Program-made: the position numbers and the translations under genes
Part shown: in pieces, positions 39,194 to 50,104 of the stretch
Position numbering within the stretch: position 1 is the first letter of the stretch
How the letters are laid out: each line of letters starts with the position of its first letter
NCBI RefSeq assembly: GCF_026210795.1
Contig: NC_089433.1
Coordinates: forward strand, 5,394,001 to 5,458,000
Direction of reading: 5' to 3'
From: Rhizophagus irregularis
Taxonomy: Eukaryota
Length of the DNA: 64,000 nucleotides
The notes under the pieces: model-generated
What the model was told of the DNA's origin: nothing
The model's database searches: none
Seen by the model: only the letters and a program-made list of their open reading frames with translations

Positions 39194-41667
39194 ATGTCTA
39201 CTCAAGAAACAAATGGTGGAAGTTCAAGTGGCGTATTATTAAACACAAATAAAGAAAAAGGAAAACCAGGAAGAAAAAGAGGACCTGTTTGGATTCATTT
39301 TAATGATATTGGCACTAAAAAAGAAGGTCATATTGGTTGTAAATGCATGTATTGTGGCTGGACTCAAAACCGAGGAGAACCAGCCCAAATGCAAGCACAT
39401 TTAGCTTTATCCTGTTCAAAAGTTCCTTCTACAATTAAAATAGAATATTTACTTCTTATTAAACAAAATGCTGAAGAGCGAGTTACTAACTCTACTTCAA
39501 CTGTCTCAAAAAAAAGATGTGTTAATTTATCTCAAACAAGAATAGATAAATTTTATGAATCTGACCAGATTGATAGTACCAAACAAGTATTATGCGATAA
39601 AGCTGTTGCAAAATTCTTTGTTTGTTGTGGTGTGGCATTTCATTTAGTTTCTCATCCTTTTTTTATTGATATGGTTAAAAGTTTATGTAATGGATATGAG
39701 CCATCGTGTTCTACTACTTTATCCAATACACTTATGAACAACGAACTTACTAAAATAACTGTTGATCAGCAACTTACGTTAGATAAAGAATCAGATTTAA
39801 CATTAGGTAAAAAAATAAATTTTATTTTTAGATTTTTTAATTATTTAATAAATTTTGAATTTTTTAGGATTTGATGGCTGGACGAGCCCACGAGGTCAAT
39901 CATTATACGTTTTTATACTTATTACATGTGAACGAAAGGAAATTATACATAGTTTAAAAAATCTATCATCAGAATCTCATACAGCAAAATTTTTAGCTGA
40001 AAAAATTAATGAAGTAATTACAAATATTGGGCCTGAAAAATTTTCTGCAGTTGTTTCTGATCATGCTGCTGCTTGTGCATCTGCTAAACGAATCATTGCT
40101 GATACACATAAACATATTATTCCAATTAGATGTATTGCGCATCACATTAATCTCATTACAACTGATATTTGTAAAACTTCATTTGCCAAAGAGGTTATTG
40201 CGAAGTGTACAAAGTTAGTAAAATTTTTTAAAACATCACATCAAGCTGGTAAAAAGCTTAAAATGAGTATAATTGATGATTCAGTTAAAGGTGGAAATCT
40301 CAAAACTTATGTCAAAACTAGATGGACAACAGCTTGGGATTGTACGAATTCTATTTTACGTCTTGAAAATCAGTTAAAAAATGTAAGTTTATTAATTATT
40401 AATTATAAAATGAATTAAAACGTGAAATTTATTTTATTTTATTTATTTATTAGTTATTAAATGAATGCCCAGAAATATTGAATAATGAAATTAAAAGTTT
40501 ATTGCGAAGTAGATCATTTTTTAATGATGTTGATGCCGTTAATACTTTATTAGGCCCAGTCAAATCAGCAGTAAAGGCTCTTGAATTCAAATCAACTATG
40601 CTTGCTGATTGTTTTGTTGAATTAATCAAGTTATCACAAAGGATTAATTTCCTTCCACCAATATCAGATCAAAATTTTAAATCTACCTGTATTGAATTAT
40701 TTAATAAAAGATGGAAACAATTCGATTTTGATCTTTATATTTTAAGTTATATGCTTCATCCATACTACCGAGGTAAATTGTGAATTTTTTTTTGAATTAT
40801 TTATTTTTACACTAATCTTAATTAAATTATTATATTTATACTTTAGGTAAAGGTTTACATCCAATGGTCTTTCGTGATGTTTGTCTTAATGCAATGAAAT
40901 TGCTAAAAAATATGGGTGGTGGTGAAAATTCTTGTAGCGAATTAGTTGCTCAAATTCGCGCATTTACACAATATGAAAAACCTTATGATTTAGAGTATGT
41001 ATTAGGAATAGATAATGTTTTTTTATGGTGGCGATTATGCAATCCAGTACGTCCTGAAGAACATTATATTCAACAACTTGCTATGAAGATTTTATCAATT
41101 ACTCCACATAATGTAGGATGTGAACGTGTTTTCTCCATAATTGGTTGGATGGCTAATAAAAGGAGAACACGGTAAGTTAATATTTAATATTTAATATTAC
41201 TATATTAAAAAAAGTATATTATGCCTTTAATTTAGTTTTAATGTATTTAATTTAGATTAAATATTGAAAAACTTGAATCAATGGCGAAATTACATACGTA
41301 CTATATAACAAATGCAAAGTCTGAGCTCAAATTTGCATATAACACACTTTCCGAAGATCAATTTCAAAATGAAATTCAAGAAACATTATCTGATCCTTCT
41401 TTTTTTGATGATGATGATGATAATAGTGATTATGATGATGAAGATGAGGATTATGATCAAAATGAGGATGAGGGTGATGATACTGAGGCAGCTAATAATA
41501 ATAATTTGGAAATTTCACGATGGGTTAATATTATGGATAAAGAATTGCAAGAACTACTTCAAACAGAAGTTAAAGTAGTAATTGATATTTCTCCTCCACC
41601 ACCACTGGTAGATCACGGTTCTCAAGAATTTAATATGGAAGAAGTGTTAGATAGAATTCTCACTTAA
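39194..41667 (+). CDS. hAT transposase (BED zinc finger, RNase H-like DDE, C-terminal dimerisation domain); 5 exons
   Basis: Motifs VWIHF..CKCMYC..HLALSC (BED), FDGWT, VSDHAA, RCIAHHINL, KTRWTT and CERVFS. GT-AG introns at ~39807-39867, 40384-40453, 40773-40846 and 41172-41255. No in-exon stops seen. Confidence 0.92.
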
Positions 41668-42004
41668 AAACATAAAAATACATTGATAAATAAATTTTAA
41701 TATTTGTTTGGTATAATTACCCATAAATTTTTATAATGCTTAATTACGTCCAATATAAAATTGACCCGTAAACTATTTAAAATTATTTATTTATTGAAAT
41801 TAATCGCTAAACGCTAACACATTTTATACATTTTATTAAAAAAGAAAAAAATTTTTTTACGTCGAAAATATGATTCCGATGATTGGGTTGATCAGATGAC
41901 AGATCACAGATCCATAAATTCGATCTCATCGATCATTTTTTTTTTATTTTAATCTTTTTCTTTAAAAAAAACAATTTTAAAACCGATTTGTTTTAAAAAA
42001 AAAT

Positions 42005-42560
42005 GATATTTCGGTTTTCTTAAACCGATTTTTTTTTATTTTTAAAAATTTAAAATCATTTATTTATTTTTTATTTATTAATTATTTTTTTAAAAACAAT
42101 ATTTCGGTTTTTTAAACCGATTTCTTTTTATTTTTTTAATTTTTTTTTTTTAAAAAAAATAATATTTCGGTTTTCTTAAACCGATTTTTTTTCTTTTTTA
42201 AAATCATCATTTATTTATTTTTTATTTATTAATTATTTTTTTAAAAAACAATATTTCGGTTTTTTTAAACCGATTTTTTTTTATTTTTTTAATTTTTTTT
42301 TAAAAAAAACGATATTTCGGTTTTCTTAAACCAATTTTTTTTATTTTTTTTTATTTTTTTTCTTTAAAAAAATAGATATTTCGGACCAATTTAAAAAAAC
42401 TGATTTTTTTCTTTTTTAAAATTTAAAATTATTTATTTATTTTTTATTTATCAATTATTTTTAAAAAAAACAATATTTCGGTTTTCTTAAACCGATTTTT
42501 TTTCATTTTTTAAAATATATTTTTTAAAAAAAAACATTTCGGTTTCTTAACCGATTTTTT
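42005..42560 (+). repeat. Array of ~8 TCGGTTT-loop-AAACCGA hairpins in the hAT 3' region
   Basis: ATTTCGGTTTTCTTAAACCGATTTT recurs every ~60-100 bp, separated by T/A tracts. Confidence 0.85.
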
Positions 42561-42653
42561 TTTCTTTTGCTTTTTAATTATTTTTTTTTATTACAATTAT
42601 TTACTCTGAAGTCAGAATTGTAACTTTTTTAAGATCAAGAATACGGATCTTGG

Positions 42654-43038
42654 GTAAGTTGCCTTTTTTTTAAAAAAAAATTACTTTTAGAAACGTTATT
42701 AACGTTTCTTTTGTCTTATTTTTTAGGACTTATACTTTTTCGGGTTGAAATTTCAACTTGAAAGGTATGAGGTTTTTTTAAAATTTGCTTTTTTTTTAGA
42801 AATTATTAACGTTTATTTTATTATATTTTGTAGGGAAACATTTTCGGCTTCCTGGATTCTTCTAAGACATGAGTATGTTCTGTGTGGGGTTATTTTTATA
42901 ATTTCTTTAAAGAATCATATTAACGTTTTTTCTTTTAATTTCTCTGTAGGTTTTGGCTTCCTAATTCCTTCAGGATACAGGTATATGTGTGGGTGGGTAT
43001 TCTTTTAATATTAACATTTCTTTTTTTATTTTTTATAG
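42654..43038 (+). ncRNA. Putative spliced non-coding micro-exon cassette in the hAT (4 predicted introns)
   Basis: GT..ATTAAC..YAG units at 42654-42726, 42765-42833, 42873-42949 and 42981-43038, separating 31-39-nt exons. No ORF recognised. Confidence 0.5.
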
Positions 43039-44213
43039 GGTTTTCCATAAACTGCTTTTCCATTTGTAATTTTTGCGATCTAATCATTATTGTTACATAT
43101 ATTAATAATTACGTCATTTAATTTGCAGTCTGTCCTAACAAATAAATGAAAAATATCAATAGTGCTAAAACTAAAACTAAAAAAAAATAAAATAAAATAA
43201 TTAAGTATATTGTTTAAGAACTCTTTTTTATGTAATAAATAATAATTGAATTAATTGAATAATATAAACATATAATTTTTAAAAATCGGTTGTACAATTA
43301 GTTATACGTAATATAAATTATTTTAATAGCAATAAAGATAAATGGAATAATGGATCAATGGATCAAAGATTCAATTCTAATATAAAATCAATTCCGTCAG
43401 TACAAATTAATACGTCAGTACAAATTAATTACATCAGTACAAATAAATTACGTTACGTCAATATGCAATTCGGCATTGTGCCGTTATATTACGGCATTCA
43501 AAAATCAATTACGCTGGGAAGTATACTTTATATAACAATATGTTGAGACATATATAAAATTTTTAGAAAATATTATTATATCAAAGTTATACCAATATTT
43601 ATATGTCCTCACATATAGTGGAAAAATAGAATTTTATTATATCAAATTTTTAATAGTATATCGATATATCAAATATCAGTATATTGAAATTAAACTATAT
43701 ATAGTATTATTTAATAGTATTAAAGAAAATTTTTACTTTCTATTAGTAAAATAAAATTTTTTAAATTTTTTTTTGTTTTCATTAATTTTGGGAATTATAA
43801 AATACCATAGAACCAAAGAATTTAGGTAATTTATGACTTACAATGAAAGTTCTTTTCAAATGGCTATCGAGATGTTGATATTACCTGAATATCGTATATC
43901 AGAAGTGCGATTAGTCATTAATAGAAGTAAAAAAAAGGTGATGGTAAATTCCAGTTGTCATATTATCATTTGGATAAAAATCAAAAAAAAAACACAAGAA
44001 ATTAAAGTATAAAAATAAAAGTGATAACAAAATTTTTTAAAAAAACAATAATAAGCAATTATCAAATATTTTTATACTTATATAAAAAGAAATTATATAT
44101 ATTTTCATTAAAAACAAAAAGTATAGTTATTTAATAGAATAATTATAGCAAAATAATATTATTAGAATCTCTTAATATAAATATAATATTTTTCATTTTA
44201 GAAATTAACTAAG

Positions 44214-45423
44214 TATAACCGCAGGTGATATCACCTAACCAAAATCACATGATCAATATAATATGATATTATTTTTAATAGTTAATCAAAATTAGACTAT
44301 TTATACTAATTCCCACATTCCCTTCTTTTTTGCTCTTCTTTTCTTTTACTATATTATATATACAATGGAGTATAAAAACCCTAAATAAAAATAATCCTAT
44401 GGTTGAAAGTGATAAAGATGATTCTATATTAGATAAGTGACGAAGGTGAATATCATGATACTAAATTACTAATGTAGAAATTACACTATGTCCTGGTATG
44501 CAATTTCAGTTGTAGGAAGAATTAGAAACCCACCTTAATATTTACGCTCTTCAAGAAGGTTTTTCTTACAAAAAAAATAAGGCTTGAATATTACATGAGT
44601 CTAGTGGTACAGCCATCCCGATTTTTTGAGGAGATTAATAATATTTGCAAAAGAATTTTTTAACATTACATATACTTTCAACAGTTCAAAACCAAATGAA
44701 ACAAATCTTTTTTTTTGATGCTTCAAGAATATATAGAACAGGTATGGAGTAATTGATTATTTAATGACATGGTATTAAGATTAGGGTGTGGGATTAGGGT
44801 TAAGATTAGGGTGTGAGATTTAGTTAGGGTTAGGATTAGGGTGTGGAATTAGGGTTAGGGTGTGGATTAGGGTTAGGATTAGGACTTGGAATTAGGGTTA
44901 GGCTTAGCATGTTTATTGTTTCTAACTTTATTTATTTCTTTTTTTTTAATTTTTGATTGATGGTTCAACTTGCAAAGATGGATTCCGGGAATATGATTAT
45001 AAAATTAAACTAATTCTACTCAAAAATTTGATTGAAAATGTGCTATTAGATTCTATTGTAGAAATTTGGCAAATTAAGCCTGAATTATTACCAACACATT
45101 CACAGTTCATCATTTATTTATACCAGCGTGAACGTCCGCCAAAACTGTATCAAAGTGAAGGAGAACCACAAAAAATAATTAAAGAAAACAAAGAAAATCA
45201 AAGTGTTAATATAATGATAGCACTCTGAAAAAATTACAAAACTGTAGAGGTTTGTCATAATTTACGAAATTGCAAGGTTCTTAGCGATAAAAATTGATGT
45301 TATATTATTTGTAGATAATTAATTTATTTTAGTAGATGTTATAAATAAATTTTATTGTATATGCCATATCAATAATAATTCAATCATGTGACCATACTGG
45401 AGGTGATATCACCTGCGGTTATA
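44214..45423 (+). mobile_element. Internally deleted TIR element with FAR1/MULE transposase remnants
   Basis: Perfect 23-bp inverted ends TATAACCGCAGGTGATATCACCT. Remnants PGMQF..EELETHLNIYALQEGFSYKK (FAR1-like), IVEIWQIK, RERPPK and HNLRNC. Confidence 0.75.
44775..44907 (+). repeat. Interstitial telomere-like TTAGGG variant repeat
   Basis: Roughly ten TTAGGG/TTAGGA units interspersed with TGTGGA. Confidence 0.85.
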
Positions 45424-45539
45424 ATTAGCAATTTTCTTAATTTTATTACTATATACTGATTTTATTATAAATTCTGCAATATTACATATATTTTTTCCGC
45501 CTAACCACATATAGTCTTTGAAGTATAAGAACGATCATC

Positions 45540-46652
45540 TCAATTAGCTTCAAAAGGATGTGAAGATATTGCGATCTTACCATCTTTCAAATGATTAAGA
45601 TCAGCCCTGAGGCTTATATAACAATGTATGCGCTTCACAACCCACTGTGGTGCTTTACCTATTTTTCTTTTGCAATCATCGCACAATTGAAATCCTTTGC
45701 ATGGATTTGTGCAATTGCAACATAGTATTTTGCATGGACTTGGATTCTCGCAATCTCCACGTAGTCTTTTACAATCATCACACAAATTCAGCTTATTCTC
45801 ATCACATTTTATGAGGATATTGCAATATATTAATTGTACTATAAACCATTGTATATGATCCATTATCCAGAGTAAACCTCCATCTTTACCCTTGCGAACC
45901 TTTTTAATAAAGTTAGCCGATTGAGTCAAAAAGACTAGCATGCATATGAAGACAATTTTTATGGCTAATGAATTTTTGGTCATGACCAAACCAATGAAAG
46001 AAAGGAACAAAAACGAGGTTGAAATATAATATGCATAGTAGAAATTTGATACTATAAAATAAAAAATGAAAATTGCGATGGTCATTAGGAATATTAAAAT
46101 TCGAATGAATATTGCTTGAAAGGATAGATGGAAATGTAAAAAATCGATATATAAAAAATAGCCTATCATTACTAAAACATGGATAAGTACTTGATAAATT
46201 AGGGGATAAAAGAAATCAAAAAATATGAAAAGATATCGTTTTACTCCCACCAAATTTTCAAACGAGTGTATATTAAGTAAAGAAACTTCCGGGTTACGTG
46301 ATTTGTTGACGGAATAGTGAAAAAAACGTGAAATAATTTTTATAATTATGCAAATAATCATATAGATGGTAAACCAACTAATCGCTCTTGGTGCATCTTC
46401 TGTAGCGAATTCATTGATGATAGATAATACCAATGGTAAAAGGTGAGAAGAAACGACAGTGTGGAAAAGATTGACCCAGTATCCATAATGAATATGGTCA
46501 TTTTCTTTGTCGGTAAATGCAATTATCGAAATAATAATTGGCAAAATTGTAAAGAATAAATTATCAATAAAAGCATCATCATTATTTTGTTCTTTGTCGC
46601 TTTGAGCAATTACAATGCTAGGGAAGAAAATTAAGATATAGGAAATATCCAT
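45540..46652 (-). CDS. Uncharacterised multi-pass membrane protein with a Cys-rich C-terminal tail
   Basis: 370-aa intact ORF with about 7-8 hydrophobic segments. The tail has duplicated LCDDCKR and C.NP(S)PCK motifs. Confidence 0.75.
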   Translation of the reverse strand: MDISYILIFFPSIVIAQSDKEQNNDDAFIDNLFFTILPIIISIIAFTDKENDHIHYGYWVNLFHTVVSSHLLPLVLSIINEFATEDAPRAISWFTIYMIICIIIKIISRFFHYSVNKSRNPEVSLLNIHSFENLVGVKRYLFIFFDFFYPLIYQVLIHVLVMIGYFLYIDFLHFHLSFQAIFIRILIFLMTIAIFIFYFIVSNFYYAYYISTSFLFLSFIGLVMTKNSLAIKIVFICMLVFLTQSANFIKKVRKGKDGGLLWIMDHIQWFIVQLIYCNILIKCDENKLNLCDDCKRLRGDCENPSPCKILCCNCTNPCKGFQLCDDCKRKIGKAPQWVVKRIHCYISLRADLNHLKDGKIAISSHPFEAN

Positions 46653-47270
46653 TTTTTTAAAGTTGAAAATAAAAGTAATTTTAAAAATCTTTTATATAAT
46701 TTGTATGTTCCACAATTGCTCCATCAAAAATCGTCTGATAAATTGTGGACAGTTAATTCCGAGCTCAGCTAATTCTGAACTCTGAAGTGATTGTAACATG
46801 AATTAGGTAACAATAACAAATAATAATCATTTATGCAAAATATTTATTCTTGATCCCGACAATAATGACGTGATCGGTTTTAAAAATAGGCTGACTCCGA
46901 TAACAAAACATTGAACTGTAAATACATATCTGATATGAAAAATGTTCATATCCGCCGATCTTTGGAATTGGCCAAAATTAATAAAAATATATTAGTTCGG
47001 TATAATAAAATTATTTGTTTTATCGAATATTTGAAATAACGACTTCGTTATATCGAGTTCTGACTGCACATTGCTATATTGTAAATTTTGATACACGATT
47101 TTCCTGCTATACCTTTATTTTTATTTCACAAGCGATATCACAATAATGAATAATACATTTGTTTTGTAATCTATTGTGCCCTGCCCACCCACTGTGTTCA
47201 CGCCCTGAAAAAATAGTAGCTAACATAACCGCCACTTAATAAAAAACAGACTAACTCTGCTTGACATTAA

Positions 47271-47964
47271 TTACATTCGTGTTTTGCGAAAGGAAGGAAG
47301 AATTGTAGGTGTTACAGGCCTAGAAACAGCAGGTTCTTCTATGGATGGTGTCACTGATCTTGATGGCACCTCCTTGTCAACTTTTGATGATTTCTTAGAT
47401 ATGCTACGAGGGGGAACTGATTGCTCAGTTTCAGAACTCAACCATTCAGGTGTAGAGATCGAAGATACTCTTGAAGACAACTTGGCCGTTGAAGGTGAAC
47501 CCTGACCTAATATTTTCATTCGAATGGAAGTTCTAGCAAATGAAAAAAAAATTGTGTTAATTTTGGGTACCACTCACTTATTTTCCCAGAAACAATTACC
47601 TGGTTCTGGCTTCGTTGAGAACTCCTCATATAACTTCTCCCCAACTTTCTCTTGTTCCCAGTTCTTTCTCTATATTTTTTTCATTGTCTAATAAAATAAT
47701 AAATAAATTAACCAGACAAGTCTTCGTAGGACGCAAGCAGTTGCAAGCAATCGGCCAGTACTACTTACGTAAAAAGCTTTCATGAGACTTAAGAATTTTT
47801 ATAACAATCTTCGCCAGTGAAGTAATTTATATTTTCTTGTTTGTTTATTTTCCAGCAATATTATCCCAAAAGAAATATTTCTTCTTACTCAGAGCATGAT
47901 ACTCAGCATTTCTTTGTTTTCATTCATCAATGAGAATGCAAAGCTGGGCGTCAGAGAACTCCAT
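47271..47964 (-). pseudogene. Decayed Myb/SANT(MADF)-like gene, probably a transposon accessory ORF
   Basis: Minus-strand MEFSDAQLCILIDE*KQRNAEYHAL... with stops and frameshifts. Later exons include GEKLYEEF and a Ser/Pro-rich tail (ORF 47271-47573). Confidence 0.5.
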
Positions 47965-50104
47965 AGTTGACTACATGGTGAGAAGCTTTTCTAGGAGCGC
48001 TTATTTTATGGAAAAAATATCGAGTGATGATCAATTATAACGGTGGCTTAGCTATTTTATTTAACTAGCCCCCCAAAAAAGCACTGGTCGGCCGGCATTA
48101 TGCGGAATTATGTACTGTCACGTGAGCAGTGCGTGGTGACAAATAATGCACCCCTTTTTTGTGTGCCAGGTTCATAGCTTAGCAAGCCACGCACCACAAA
48201 ACTTATTTTGGCCAGAATTAAAATGAATTAAAATTAAAGTATATAGTCCACGCGGTACCACAAAACTTATTTTGGCCAGAATTAAAGGGAATTAAAATTA
48301 AAGTGTATATATCGTATCAATAATGCAAAATTTTAAGAATATAATTAAACGAATTATTAAAAATACTAAACTTTTAAGAAATTAAATGAATAATAAGTAT
48401 CTTTTTTAATAAATTTAAAGTGTATATATATATAATAAATATGGACAAAGTAAAAATATTGCAAATTTATTTAATAAAGCACAAGTTAAAATTAAAAATA
48501 TAATTTAATTCAACTGATTTCTTAGAATATTTTTGCTTAAATTGTGTTCTTTTTTACCAGTTTTCTTTTTTTTCTGACTTGGAATTATTTATGAATCTAA
48601 ATTTTCTTTTCTGTCAGCTTGCTTATTAGTGCCACCTGATTTATTTTTTTACACCGCTTAACAGACTCTATCTGAACACGAATTATTGCACCACTCTTAA
48701 TGCGTGTTAGATCTACATTGTGGTTAATATCATAAAGGAAGGAACACAAGTGAGGAATTGATTTTGATTTGATGTATGGTATCGTTCAGCAAATTTGTCT
48801 AATGCAGTACGAAACTGTGGACCACAATTTTCATAATCTACTTTAATTTCTTCCAAGAAATCGCCCAAAGTAGATGTGTTGATTTCATTCTCTTTTATTT
48901 TATTATTTTCATTTAATTCTCTCAGAAATTAGTTGTCAGTTATAGAATTCAATTGATAGCTGCAGTTCAGAATTGTCAATTGTTTATCATTTTCGTTATG
49001 CGATTCTATCTGCAGAGTTTGAACTTGTGAGAAAGGACCTGCATGTAGTGAAGCATAAAAAGAACCATTTTTTGCAATGTAGCTTAAAATAATAATAAAT
49101 TATGTGAGTGATAATTATAATAAATATCAAATTTAATGGAATCTGTTTGCCAAGTGCGATATAGAAATAGATCATATGATCATTAAGAGTTAATGATGGT
49201 AGAAAATTAAAATTTGAAATGTGAAATTTTACAGAAACAGCTTGCACGGTGTGCCTATCATCCTAACATGACAGCTACAAGTTCCAATAGCACTGTTAAA
49301 CAACATAAAAACAACCCATTTTTTTTGTACTTGGAACTAAATATTCATTTTTGAAAGTTGTTGGTTAAATGGAATTACTATTCACTTTTTCCCAATCTGG
49401 ACAAAAGAACCTTTTTGTGATCGTATGATCCAGGTGTTTATATGCAATTCTGAGCAGTTTAAATTTATAAAAATGGTCTATGTTATCTGTAACAAAATGA
49501 AAGACTTGAACTGGATTAAAAGCTTGAGTTCTAGAAAAAATGATATTCTTAAGTATGCTAAAGCTACATTCAATATAATTATTTGTATTGTTTCCACGTA
49601 TCAGTAGCATCAAACGAAAAGATAAAGCCCATAATTGGCGCTGTTTCCATAAAAGATCAAAGTGTTTTTGTAATTGAGAATATAAGTGAAAAAAATTATG
49701 TTTAAAGTCTTGATAATGGTTATCCATCTCTGGCTCTGTTAATACGTAAAGAATTTTTTTCATCATCTTTATAATAGGTATTTGATCATTTTTATTTATA
49801 TGATGTTTTGAATCGTACAACCATCTTCAAAATACCTGGAGTATATGGAAAGTACATAAAAGACGTATTCCCGTGGCCAACAGAGCTTTAGAGCGTTTCT
49901 TTCTGCGCTTGAATCATCTGTAAAAAATACTATAAGACCAACTTGAGAACTACATTTATAGAAGGCATATGAAGGTAAAATCATCTTTAGCAAATTTAGC
50001 TAATCGTAAAAAAGAACAATAATTAGAAATTTGTAATTACCGAGAAAAAAATCATAGGAAAATTACCGCTTTTTCCAATATTATTTCTGATTTATCTGAT
50101 GTAA

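Larger units (their letters stand above)
38828..43525 (+). mobile_element. Full-length, apparently autonomous hAT DNA transposon
   Basis: Perfect 14-bp TIR TATACTTCCCAGCG. 8-bp TSD CTTTATAT at 38820-38827 and 43526-43533. Subterminal AATTACG repeats. The empty paralogous site is at 36900-36907. Confidence 0.95.

Noticed and set aside
47035..47068. Single pogo-like end (CGTTATATCGAGTTCTGACTG)
   Set aside because: No convincing partner TIR was found.
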